Source: Cyanidioschyzon merolae
Lineage: Eukaryota
DNA length: 64,000 nt
Reading direction: 5' to 3' (one strand)
Assembly: GCA_000091205.1 (NCBI GenBank)
Contig: AP006490.2
Of this stretch, positions 1 through 10,273 are shown piece after piece. The notes below the pieces were generated by a model. The model was not told the origin of the DNA and searched no databases. It was given only the letters and a program-made list of their open reading frames with translations. The stretch's first letter is position 1, and each line of letters opens with the position of its first letter. The translations under genes and the position numbers were made by a program.

Positions 1-1019
1 CAAAGGTCTCAGTACTGAGCGCCGCTCCGTAGAGGTCAGTCCGAATTCCCAGGGTTGCTTCTCCTCAACGATTTACTCGCTCAGATCCGCCTACGGGCTA
101 CGAACAAAGGAAAACCAGGAAGGCTCGCAGCGCTAACAAGCTTGCCGCCACAACAACGATAACAACAGGTACACGAAAAGCGTGCCTTCCTGAGCGAATC
201 CACAGAGGGCGCCCCCTGGGTTCCGCGCTAGCACAAGGCGGCGCTGTACGCGGTAATCCGTGGAACGCCTCCGGATGCAGGTATCCGTTGCGGAAGCTAG
301 GATTCCGGGTTCTTGCAAACGTTTCCTTGATCATGACAGGTTGATGCAACACGGGTTGACATTTCCAAAAAGCTAGTCATCGCTGCGCATACTCGGATCA
401 GGGTTCAGTGTGAGTGATCCGTCGACGAAAAACGATATGTTACCCGGCGTACTTTCGCTGAAACACGCAGCGGCTAAAGCGTGCGCTGGACTCGTGGCCC
501 CGGCAACATCCAGGTGTTAGCGCGTGGACTGTGCGCAACGTTGTTACAGCATATGGTTTTTCTCGTTCGCGGCTCCTTGGGATACCATCCGGAGGTGTGT
601 GGCTCCGCGAAAGTCGTGAGTTCATGGCGCCGGTTGGCGGACTCGATTCAAAAACAACGTGATGCGTCTTTGTCAGAATACAGTGGAAAGGGTCCACTTT
701 GCTCCATCATGCGTGCGCATTAAAGTTTGGGTCTCTTCCCATGGTCTTTTAGACCGGCGCTTTGGGGGTTCTCCTGCAACTGCTTCCTTTTCGTGGATCT
801 CGCATCCGGCATGAAAAACGCCGGTCTCTCTTGTCACTCCAGCTCTGTTGTCAGCCGTCCGAAGATTTTGATGACAGCGTTCAAGTCCCGACGCTGCCGC
901 TTGTGACTGTTGGCAACGCAGTTCATGCGCAGGTGATGGCTGCGATCTACGACTCGCTAACCATTTTCATCCATTTTGTACGGAGCCTGGGTGTGCCCTC
1001 TGCAACGGTAACGCTTGAC

Positions 1020-1280
1020 TTGGGCCGTACGTTTCCACACGCTCACCATGTCAGCTTATTCGATGGCTGCCCTGAGGCGCGTGAACGCTCGTTTCAATCC
1101 ACGGCACATACCCTTGACGGGTACAGAAAGCCTCCACAGATGCCCTGCTCGGTTTCCGCGCTCGGGGCCGTACGCGACGATAACCGGCTTCATCTGGAAG
1201 ATGCCCTCGATACGGACGCTGTCCTCTGCACACCTAGGCGCAAACTGCTCCATTCGACAGAGGTTTTGTGAAACGCGATG
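1020..1280. repeat. Diverged partial copy of the 1.34-kb dispersed repeat family (corresponds to ~29035-29170 of copy A)
   Basis: DNA and translated similarity of ~70% to the 1.34-kb repeat. Examples are ttcgatggc...cagcg/acggg tacagaa, and RHIPLTGTESLHRCPARFPRSGPY vs VRYVHWTGTEGSARCPVPLTQPVPY. A shorter echo of the same motif occurs at ~14400. Confidence 0.45.
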
Positions 1281-2310
1281 TTGACCATAATGATTCAGGT
1301 ACCGTACGGAGCACCCACACTGGAGAGGAAATAGAAAGATTTCGATCCGTTTAAGCTTGCGACTTGCAGTGCTGTAACGCACGATCCACTGGAAAGGATC
1401 GCTGCTGCGACTGGAGTCCGAGTATGGGACACTTTTCGGTGCACATAGTGGAGATGAGCAGCGCTCGGAGCATATCCGCTGAAGGGTATCATGCTGGTAT
1501 CGAATGCTGTACCGTTGTCTTCATAAATGGAGGATGATTTGCCTTTCGAAGGCAATCGCTTATTTGACTTAAAAATGTCCGTGAACTTTCGGCATGAGCC
1601 TGTGAAGAGACCTCCAAGAGGTGACCTCGATCGTAATCCACGGTAGTCCCCGGGTGAGGATTTCTGCGCCCCCGCGTACCCAGAAACACCAGGATCGAGA
1701 GCTTGATAACGCGTGATTCGGGTTTGCCGCTCGCAAGAAAAGGAGACGAATAGAGCCTGTTCGTATGTATTGGATAATGGTTTCGGTTATTTTAGGAACC
1801 TTGGTTCTAGGGATAGCGAATCATCCTCGATCCGTTGACGTTACGAATGCGAGCAACAAAGCGTCGAAGGAGCCACTCCCAAAACGAAGACCTAGAACCC
1901 CACCCGCCAACAACCAGGAATGAGTCCCAAGGCCCTTAATGCTGTACTTGCAAGTTCGAGGTTGTCCAATTGGAAAGTTTCGGACAATCTCCACCGCGGA
2001 TGAAATCGAGCACCTCAGGTTTCCGCGTTCATCTGGTACGAGTCTCGTCCAGAGACAGATCGCCACGAGACACCGTGATCGCGGTGGAGCGCGCACGCGC
2101 CCGACTGCTTCGCCTTGGCTGAAAAAGCGTTCTGCCCAATACCGGGTGCATCGCGATACTCGCTGTTGTTGAGGTTTCGTTCATAGCTCGCTCTGTGAAA
2201 CCAGCACGCTTCGGAGTATTTCCTCCGCGTAAACTGGAAAGGTTACACGTCGGTGTGCGGCTCTCTTGATAACAAGTGGTCCAGAAGGCGACCGTCTCAA
2301 GCCTGCAGGT

Positions 2311-2958
2311 ATGGACACAGCAATATCGCTCGCGGGAAAGGACTTTGTTCTAAGCGCAGCCGACGTGACAGCTGCACGCTCGATCGTGGTCATGAAGGAG
2401 GACCAGGACAAGATCCAAGAGCTGGATCGTTTTCGGCTTCTGAGCGCTGGCGGTGACCTCGGTGATGTGGCACAGTTCACCGAGTACATCCAGCGTAACG
2501 TGCACCTCTATGAGCTCCGAGCGGGAACGTCGCTGAGTACCCGCCAGATCGCCCATTTTATTCGTGGAGAGTTGGCGCGTGCCCTGCGCGAGCGTCCCTA
2601 CGAAATCAACCTGATCCTTGGAGGCTACGACCAGGGCGAAGGTACGTCACTATATTATATTGACTATTTAGGGAGCTTACACATGATGAAATACACAGCT
2701 CAAGGCTATGCAGCATATTTTGTGTTGAGCACGCTCGACAGACTCTATCGCCCGAACATGAACCTGGAGGAAGCGCTTGAGGTCTTACGTGCGTGCTTGG
2801 ATGAAATGGGTCGACGTTTTCTCTTAAAACAGCGCCACTTCATGGTCAAAATAGCGGATGAGCGTGGTGTACGCGTACTAGAAAATGCCTTCGTCGATGC
2901 ATCTGGAACGCCAACGTCGTCGGTGACAGGGGCGGCAGCGGCAGCCGCTACTTCTTGA
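2311..2958 (+). CDS. Proteasome subunit beta type-2 (beta-4, non-catalytic)
   Basis: ORF 2266..2958, with likely start at Met 2311 (MDTAISLAGKDFVL...). It aligns along its full length with PSMB2/Pre1-type beta subunits, e.g. FTEYIQRNVHLYELRAG and PYEINLILGGYDQGEG..LYYIDYLGSL. It has no Thr1 catalytic N-terminus. Confidence 0.85.
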   Translation: MDTAISLAGKDFVLSAADVTAARSIVVMKEDQDKIQELDRFRLLSAGGDLGDVAQFTEYIQRNVHLYELRAGTSLSTRQIAHFIRGELARALRERPYEINLILGGYDQGEGTSLYYIDYLGSLHMMKYTAQGYAAYFVLSTLDRLYRPNMNLEEALEVLRACLDEMGRRFLLKQRHFMVKIADERGVRVLENAFVDASGTPTSSVTGAAAAAATS

Positions 2959-3286
2959 ACGCTCGTGCAATATTTCTCCACATCCAGTCAGGGTGTACAG
3001 ACCAGCTGCATTGTGCTCGACGGGTGTACAAACAGACACGTGTACCTCGATAAATATTGCACAAATACCATTTTGAGCGATGAAAATATGCACTCACGAC
3101 AGCTGATTTGCTGGTGACGCATCATCTACCGGTGCCGAGTTCCATCGTGAACGCTGCCTGCACCTTTGCGCATATTCACAGATATTCTTTGATTTGGAAC
3201 CGTTTTCATGGACCTGGTACCAGTGCATAGTTGGAAGCTGACGACGCTCGCAGCGCCTCTTATACTTGGACAATGTGCAAACTTCC

Positions 3287-4993
3287 TCAATCCCAGAGCT
3301 TGATACTGCCGTCCGCGGAACAGGAAGCAAGCATCATCGAATGCGGATGGAATGCAACGCAGTAGACACGATCACTATGCGCATCGATCGTTTTCACTGC
3401 CTCTTGGGCGCTTGATTGCGAATCGTACAAAAAGATGCGACCGTTCGTACTCCCTGTTGCCGCAACGAGGCCAGAGGCTACGCTGCTGGCGTTCAAAACC
3501 CCGTCAAGCTGTTGACTCCGCTGCTGGGATGCAGGCGGTTGCCCGCTACCATCTATTGGAACATCACTGGCAGCGGCCAGTAACGTCCGCGACTCGTGAA
3601 CCACTGCGGTAGCGGCGCCGCTGACATCAGCGTCCGCTGCGTAGAGCGCAGGCATGCCGCTGGATGCTTTGGTGCTCGCAGGTGCCGCCAATGCTGCAGC
3701 GTCAACGATAGATGCACCCCGATCTGACGCGAAGCCGCGCTCATAGAGGCTGCACCGCAACGGCAATCGCCCAAGACGATGACCTCGATGCGTCTGGTAG
3801 AGCACGAGTTGCACGTCGTTGGTGTTGGTGTTCTCCTGGTGCGTACGCAGCGCTTTCACTTCGTACATTCGCAGGCAATCGTCGAAGGCATTCACTGCCA
3901 CGTATCTACCGGATGGTGATCGTTGGATATGCGCGACAGGGCTTGCCGCTTCATCGTTCAACTGACACGAGAGGGCCGTCTCCGGCCTTCGTAAATCAAA
4001 GGTATGCAAAAGCCCTTGCGAGTCCCCGATCATCAGAATATCATGCTCCAAGAACACCATCGAATTCACCATCCCTATGCCAGATGCAGAGGTCAGGACG
4101 CGGCTCATGGTTTGCTCGGGCCGGGCAGATACACCCGCAGCAGGCGAGCTCGGGCGCGAGCCGGTCACTTGGCTCATTTGTTGCACTCTTCGATCTAGTC
4201 GATAAACGAAACCGTTCGAAGTACCCGCATAGATACAATGGGCATCGTCAGGGTCGATGGCCAAACAGAGTACCAGGCCGCGAGGAAGGCTCCAGCTCTG
4301 GACGGCCTGTCGTCTGGCATCGCTCCCGTTCCCTTCGGTAGCGAATGCGGACCAGTCCCAGACACGAATACAATGATCAAAACCAGCTGAATACAGGTAG
4401 CGATTATCCTGCGTCCAGCAGAGGTCAACGACGTTCGCTGCATGCGCGTCTGCAACGGCCACAGCACAGCGCGGCGACTGGTCCACGCTCCAGACGCGTA
4501 CGGAGCGATCAAAGGAACCAGAGGCAAGGTACGACCCACAAGACGACCAGGATAGCGCATATACGGCTCCTTTGTGTCCGATAAGCTGGGAACGACAGCT
4601 CAGTGAACTTGAGCTTTGCCGTTCTCCACTCCGTCTCACTACGACCGGCAGCGATGCCGCTGGCGAAGCCGCTCTAGAGCCTGGTATAGACTCCGCTGCT
4701 CCGAGACCGGCCTCTGTTCGCTCGCTCAGCACTTGGAAGTCCGCGACAAACCGTGACGCTTCCGGCACATGAACGCCCTTCGAAGGATTGGGGCTAATAT
4801 CGTTGAGGGCAGAAGTTAGATCGAAAACCCCAGTCTCGCTAGCAGATCGTCGAAGGCTGAGTTCGAACACCGAGCGTCGCAGGTCTCGGTTCTCCTTCTC
4901 CAGTGCCTCTAGACGCTCCTGGAGAAGCTTTCGCTCTCTTGCGGCAATTTCCAACTGCTTTTTATAGAAAGCTTCTCCCTCGTGCTCCGTCAT
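3287..4993 (-). CDS. WD40-repeat protein with N-terminal coiled coil
   Basis: 568-aa ORF with an N-terminal heptad-rich segment (LEALEKENRDLRR). Multiple canonical WD repeats follow, e.g. GHKGAVYALSWSSCGSYLASGSFDRSVRVWSV and DGSIKLWD at the C-terminus. The specific family is not assignable by eye. Confidence 0.75.
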   Translation of the reverse strand: MTEHEGEAFYKKQLEIAARERKLLQERLEALEKENRDLRRSVFELSLRRSASETGVFDLTSALNDISPNPSKGVHVPEASRFVADFQVLSERTEAGLGAAESIPGSRAASPAASLPVVVRRSGERQSSSSLSCRSQLIGHKGAVYALSWSSCGSYLASGSFDRSVRVWSVDQSPRCAVAVADAHAANVVDLCWTQDNRYLYSAGFDHCIRVWDWSAFATEGNGSDARRQAVQSWSLPRGLVLCLAIDPDDAHCIYAGTSNGFVYRLDRRVQQMSQVTGSRPSSPAAGVSARPEQTMSRVLTSASGIGMVNSMVFLEHDILMIGDSQGLLHTFDLRRPETALSCQLNDEAASPVAHIQRSPSGRYVAVNAFDDCLRMYEVKALRTHQENTNTNDVQLVLYQTHRGHRLGRLPLRCSLYERGFASDRGASIVDAAALAAPASTKASSGMPALYAADADVSGAATAVVHESRTLLAAASDVPIDGSGQPPASQQRSQQLDGVLNASSVASGLVAATGSTNGRIFLYDSQSSAQEAVKTIDAHSDRVYCVAFHPHSMMLASCSADGSIKLWD

Positions 4994-6312
4994 TCGTTCG
5001 AATGTGTCCTGTTGGAGCAGAGCGCCTCAGAATCAATGCCAGAAGCATGGAATCTTGCGGTTTGTGTTCGAACGCTTCGCATCTCCGCGAACGATGCGGT
5101 GCCCGAACTGGTGCGAGGGATTCTCGGATTCTGTGCTCCGTAGCCGCACTAGCGTCAGTCGATGCCTATCTACCCAAAAGTACATCTTCCAATGGGGAAT
5201 ACTGTAAGTCTGAACACGGGTGTACGGATAGAGAGAGGGACAGGCCGCGATGCATGCCCGCGACTTGCAGATGGATCGGAAGCGGCAGTGAAACTTTGCC
5301 GCTTCGAAGGACACGGTTGCGATACACTCCCACGCGCTGCTCTTTCGTGGACATCGAACTTGGACGCCTGTAGCATTGGACCCAAACTGGAAACCCTGCT
5401 TCATCGCGAACGTATCATGGACGCTATCTGGATATGTATCGTTGTGAGCGCTTCCGGATTCGGGGACCCTGCAGTGTTTCATGGATTGCGCTCTGCTTTG
5501 GTTGATGGATCAGAGACGCTGGCCCCCGTGGTGGTACTCCCGTGTGTTTCCGTGATTTTTCGATGATATTGGATCGTTAAAGCTAATCAGAGATACTCAG
5601 GTCGGCGCTTGTTCTCGGCATTCAGGGAAGCGGTCTTCATTTTGCCCGAAACCTTGCAAGTTCCATGACCCAGCTGCGAGACTTCCCACTCGAGTATCGT
5701 GATTCGTAGAGTGTGCGCTGTAATGCCAATAGCGCTGCGGCATCGCCCTGGCTGCAGTGTTGCCTCCTTTTGCGTGTCAGGCTGTGCGCTAGCGCAGCAC
5801 GGCTGAGCGCGTGTACCGTCTGCCACCTCGAGACCGAAGCAGAGCGGCTGCCAACTCGCCGTGGCAGACGACCGTATTTCAGCCACTGTGGTTGATACCG
5901 CTGCACTCGATTCTTTTCGCATCTGCAGGGATAGAGAGCAGCATTGTGATGTCTCATGCTTGCGAAAACACGTAAAGCTTCACATTTATCAGCATCGGCA
6001 TTTCGAGTCCAAATGCTGCTGTCGCCGCAAAGGCAGCTACATGGCTGCTTGCATGAACCCATGAGCGATGTGCTATGCTTGAAATACCGGATGAGATGCG
6101 CTCCTCTTTCACGGTTGGAGCATGAAATGGTGCACCTGATGCATAAGACGCTGCGACGATGTGGATGGGGAAAGACAGGACGCGCGATGCTCCCACCACG
6201 GCCATGATTCGCAGCGGAACGGCCTCTCGATCCTAAAGATATCGAACATCGTGCATGAAACAGAAAATGTACCACGATCATGTAGGGTAAATTAATATCC
6301 ATCTGCAGTCGC

Positions 6313-7680
6313 TTGCCGGCCTTTTTTGACAAGCGCCCTGCAATCGGCTTCGGTTCCTCCTTGTGCATTTCGACCCGGAGAGTCTGTGCCGCACATTTAG
6401 GTAGCGTGAGCTCCTCGGGTTTCGTCTTCAGCACAGCACGTATCCCGGTTCAGATGTCGGCGTTAAATTCTCAGTTCACAAGCTCCATGCGTCTGTTGCC
6501 TCTGGTTGAACTCGTCTATGCAAGGATTCCTCTCAATGGTGCCCTCTGCGGCACCACAGTCTCGTTATCGTGCCGTCGGGCACGCCCCTCTTCTCGCACA
6601 GCGCTCCGCTTCGTCTTCTTCTTCGTGTTCGTCACCGGTTCTTCTTCGCTCGATGACAGGCGAGAAGATTTTTTTATGTTTTTCACGTCGAACTCGGCGA
6701 CGACGGCCCTCGAGGATGCTCGACTTCCATGCTCATAACCCCTGGATATTTTATTTCTTCAAATGAGCGCACCATATTATCCCGATAGATGAGGAAATTC
6801 CTGGAGGGAGAAGCATTTGCGGCGGAAAGAGGAACTGCGTCCCATTGTATCATCATGCTGAACACTTCACTGGTTTGCCCAGCAGTGCGATCGTTACGTT
6901 TTACGATTCAAAATACTCCTTAAACGGGGTTGAACCACAGACAGTACGAAGGAATGCAACCAGCTCTACCCAGATAGAATCAGGAAAACCTCTTGCGCAA
7001 AGGGAATGGTGAGATGCCACAGTGTCCAATAGAAGGACGTTGCCAGATCGGAAAGCGAACAGTCTTCATTGATTCGACGAAGTGGGTGCTGTTGTATGTG
7101 CCTTCTGAAGTTGCGAAACTGATGCCGCAAAATGAATCTGCTGTAGCTCGAACAGATGATGATTTCCTCGTTCTCTTCGAGTTCAATTGTATAAACAGAC
7201 GGGCTCCCTGCTCCGCGAATACTCATATACGATTCGACCGTTTTACCCGAAACAAGTCTCATGAACCAGAATAACAAACCGATCGCGACGGTCTATGATT
7301 GCTGTCTTTGCGATTTCGGTGGAAGATGGCCGTGAATGCATGAGCTCTTTTTTTTGCGACTGTATCCCAGTGTTTTCAGGATCACACGAACAAGCTATTG
7401 AGAATCGGAGGTGCCCGTGGTGGCAATTATCTTCGCTTTTGCTTTCCGTAAGGTGATGAACGGGTTGTTTTCTGCTATGGGCGGCAAGCACCCTTGAAAA
7501 CATCGCTTCTTGACCCGAAGCGCGTATATCTGTTTCCTTCTTTCCGTGTTCCTCAACCATCTGAGTATTGTGGCACAACTGACCTCAAGAATGAATACAC
7601 TACTTGCACTTTTCAGTAAAGAATAGATATCCCACAGGGAATTCTCCCACGACCGATACAATACATTGCATCGTAACGTC
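6313..7680 (-). mobile_element. Decayed Tc1/mariner-IS630-like DNA transposon, copy 1 (transposase remnant plus companion X module)
   Basis: Minus-strand frames carry three recognisable motifs. The HTH-like motif is ITLRKAKAKIIATTGTSDSQ. The first-D region is DRFVILVHETCFG. Further downstream is WQRPSIGHCGISPFPL. The ORF is broken by frameshifts. The X module at 6313-6740 (+) is homologous to the X modules at 32.05, 58.8 and 62.2 kb. Copy 1 is ~75-80% identical in DNA to copy 2. Confidence 0.5.
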
Positions 7681-9336
7681 GATCTGCGGCTGCACAGCGT
7701 TCGCGGGACCGGACCATCCCTGAGAGCCTCTTTCGCTGAGCGCTCGCTCGTTTCCAGCGAGTTCGTTGCAAGCGGCGATCGTTCATACCTTTATACTCGT
7801 GGGCGCTGCATCATGTTCGTAGCAGTGAGCCAGCTGTTTCCTGCTCGTCACCAGGGTGCTCCGCGCACCCTCCGCGGGGCCAACGGACGCAGCACCGACA
7901 CGTACCGTCGCACCGTAGGGCCGGCAGTGCCGAAGGATGCAGAGGGTGCGTACGAGTCGGCTTCTGGCCGGGTCTGTTGGCAACGATATAGCGCTTTAAG
8001 GGCGGCAGCTGACTCAGAGTCGTCTCCGAAGGACGCCTCCCAACGAGTACACTCTTCGCTTTCGAGTACCGGCAAGGGCGAGCACTCGAAGCATATGCGC
8101 CTGGAAACCAAAGTCGTGCATGCTGGAAGCCACCCTGAGGAGTACACAACCGATCCATACGGTCGGACTGTAGTGAATCCACCTGTGTACCACGCTTCTA
8201 CTGTGCTGTTTCCAAACGTAGCTGCTAAAGACTTTGCTAGCAAAGACTGGCCGTTTCGTGGTTTCTCCTACGGACGGCATGGGACGCCCACGCACTGGGC
8301 CCTGGAGGAGGCTTTTGCAGCACTCGAGGGTGGCGACAATGCCTGCTGTGTTAGCAGTGGGGTTGCAGCATGTAATGCAGCGCTCTTGGCGTTCCTGCGC
8401 TCCGGCGATCACATTCTGGTTGCGGACACCGTGTACGAACCGACGCGCCTGTTCTGCAACAGTTTTTTAGCACGATTCGGGGTGGAAACGACATACTACG
8501 ATCCCGCTGCTCCAGTTGAATCTTTGGAGCCACTTTTCAAACCAAAAGGTCGCACAAAGGTGGTTTTCGTGGAGTCACCCGGCTCGCTCTCGTTCGAGGT
8601 GCAGGATGTGCGGGCGGTGAGCGCACTCGCGCACGCTCATGGAGCGGTGGTCGTTATGGATAATACGTACGGACCAACGCTGTTCCAGCCTTTCGCGGCA
8701 GGTGTCGATGTAAGCTACAACGCAGCAACCAAGTACATCGGTGGTCATTCTGATTTAATGATGGGCCTGATCGCATGCTCCCGTGAAACGTACCGCAAAG
8801 TGAAACGATCGGTGATGGAGCTCGGATGCCCCCCAGGCCCTGATGACTGTTATCTGGCACTTCGTGGCCTGCGGACGCTCACAGTTCGTCTGAAACAGCA
8901 CGAACAGAACGGCCTTGTTGTTGCACGATGGCTGGAGACACGCCCTGAGGTTGCGCGTGTGATACATCCGCTGTTACCGAGCCATCCGCAGCACGACCTC
9001 TTCAAGCGTGATTTCCGGGGTGCGAACGGTTTATTTACCATACAGCTGCGTGACGTTTATTCGCAAAAGGCAGTGAACGCCTTTGTTGACTCACTGAAGC
9101 TCTTTGGTCTGGGCTTCAGCTGGGGCGGCTACGAGTCCCTGATCCTTCCGATCGACATCAACGCTGTCCGAACAGTGACGAAGTTTAAGTATGGTGATGG
9201 CTATGGGCCGACGCTGCGATTGCATGTCGGACTGGAGGATCCTCAAGATCTTTGCGCGGATCTCGCCCAAGGTTTTGCGGTGTTGGATGCGGTGGCCGGA
9301 CTCGCAGGTGAGGTTGCTCGTACGCCACCGCGCTGA
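7666..9336 (+). CDS. metC: Cystathionine beta-lyase, bacterial MetC-type, PLP-dependent Cys/Met-metabolism family, with ~140-aa N-terminal extension
   Basis: From Met 8095 (MRLETKVVHAG...) it aligns throughout with E. coli MetC: YGRHGTPTHWALEEAFAALEGG, ATKYIGGHSDLMMGLIA (the PLP-Lys region), SWGGYESLIL and RLHVGLED. The upstream 143 aa are Ser/Arg/Ala-rich and resemble a transit peptide. Alternative starts are Met 7813 and Met 8095. Confidence 0.85.
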   Translation: MHRNVDLRLHSVRGTGPSLRASFAERSLVSSEFVASGDRSYLYTRGRCIMFVAVSQLFPARHQGAPRTLRGANGRSTDTYRRTVGPAVPKDAEGAYESASGRVCWQRYSALRAAADSESSPKDASQRVHSSLSSTGKGEHSKHMRLETKVVHAGSHPEEYTTDPYGRTVVNPPVYHASTVLFPNVAAKDFASKDWPFRGFSYGRHGTPTHWALEEAFAALEGGDNACCVSSGVAACNAALLAFLRSGDHILVADTVYEPTRLFCNSFLARFGVETTYYDPAAPVESLEPLFKPKGRTKVVFVESPGSLSFEVQDVRAVSALAHAHGAVVVMDNTYGPTLFQPFAAGVDVSYNAATKYIGGHSDLMMGLIACSRETYRKVKRSVMELGCPPGPDDCYLALRGLRTLTVRLKQHEQNGLVVARWLETRPEVARVIHPLLPSHPQHDLFKRDFRGANGLFTIQLRDVYSQKAVNAFVDSLKLFGLGFSWGGYESLILPIDINAVRTVTKFKYGDGYGPTLRLHVGLEDPQDLCADLAQGFAVLDAVAGLAGEVARTPPR

Positions 9337-9919
9337 TGCCGATTTACCTTCCTCGCGTGTCCGGGAGCGTGAACAGGCACCGCTGCTGTTGAGCAACAGG
9401 TATCCGCTACCAAGTCGCAATACAGAGAGTCGTGATGAACGCCTCTTGGCGGCGCTCGTCGATAACCTGCCCACAGGGTGTGTGCGCGTCCGTTCGCAGC
9501 ACCGCTGCGAGATCGATGGCGCTGCACTTGCCGGCACTGGCGCACGTACCTACGATCCACGTTGCATACGATCCCGCATATCGGAACCTTAAAGCATGCT
9601 TTACGACATGAAGAAAAATTTTGCGCACAGCAAGACACTGTCCAGAACCTGCTGACCGCGAGCGTATCACGAACGAAACAGCATTCGCAACGACGTACTC
9701 ACCGCCTTAGACGATGTCACACGAAGCCAACTGTCTCCCGTAAGCGCATCATCACACCCAGTTCTACGTCAAAGTATCGCCGTTCTCGGCTGTCCGACTG
9801 ATCAGGGAAAACCTGCGTAGATGACGAGGCACACGGCGCATACTGTGCGGCAGGACGTGTCGCAGATAGCACCCCGTACATACCGAAACCCACCACATGG
9901 ATTGAAACGCTTTGACCAC

Positions 9920-10273
9920 TCACGGCCGTTCTTCTTTCTTTGGATGCGAGGTCCTCTGTTGTATTTCAATGACAGAGCTCGTGCGTATGCGACGGTGGCC
10001 ACCCGGAGTCCGAAAATGTTCCAGTTTGCCAGCGTCGCACCACCTCCGTATTGTTTTCGGACACACGGCGAATATTTCAGCCGCGCGCGCAACTGTTATA
10101 GAACCAGACTCTTTCAAATCATCTCCAAGCATAAGACCTGGAGAGGCACGGTTTTGGTCGTGAACGTGCCGCTCCATGCCAAGATGCCCGTCATTTTCGA
10201 CGGGTCCGCCGATGTAGAGTTCCGTCTCCTCCCCGTCCATTTTCAAGCCAGACCTATTCACGAAACAAGCCAC
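9920..10273 (-). CDS. Small ORF with excisionase/MerR-like HTH_17 DNA-binding motif (hypothetical)
   Basis: 117-aa ORF. Its C-terminal half, ITVARAAEIFAVCPKTIRRWCDAGKLEHFRTPGGHRRIRTSSV, matches the helix-turn-helix_17 consensus (LTV.EAA..LGVS..TI.R....G.LP....G..RRI....L). It has no other homology and may be a chance ORF in GC-rich DNA. Confidence 0.3.
   Translation of the reverse strand: MACFVNRSGLKMDGEETELYIGGPVENDGHLGMERHVHDQNRASPGLMLGDDLKESGSITVARAAEIFAVCPKTIRRWCDAGKLEHFRTPGGHRRIRTSSVIEIQQRTSHPKKEERP

Noticed and set aside
3712-4341. 209-aa plus-strand ORF inside the WD40 gene; similarly 21692..22285 and 22687..23307 inside the B-box gene, and 54737..55474 and 56448..57170 inside the large membrane protein
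   Set aside because: These are GC-rich antisense or out-of-frame ORFs overlapping longer, better-supported genes.
5637-6434. 265-aa minus-strand ORF
   Set aside because: It overlaps the X repeat module and is composition-driven (R/S/C-rich) with no homology. It is most likely non-coding.
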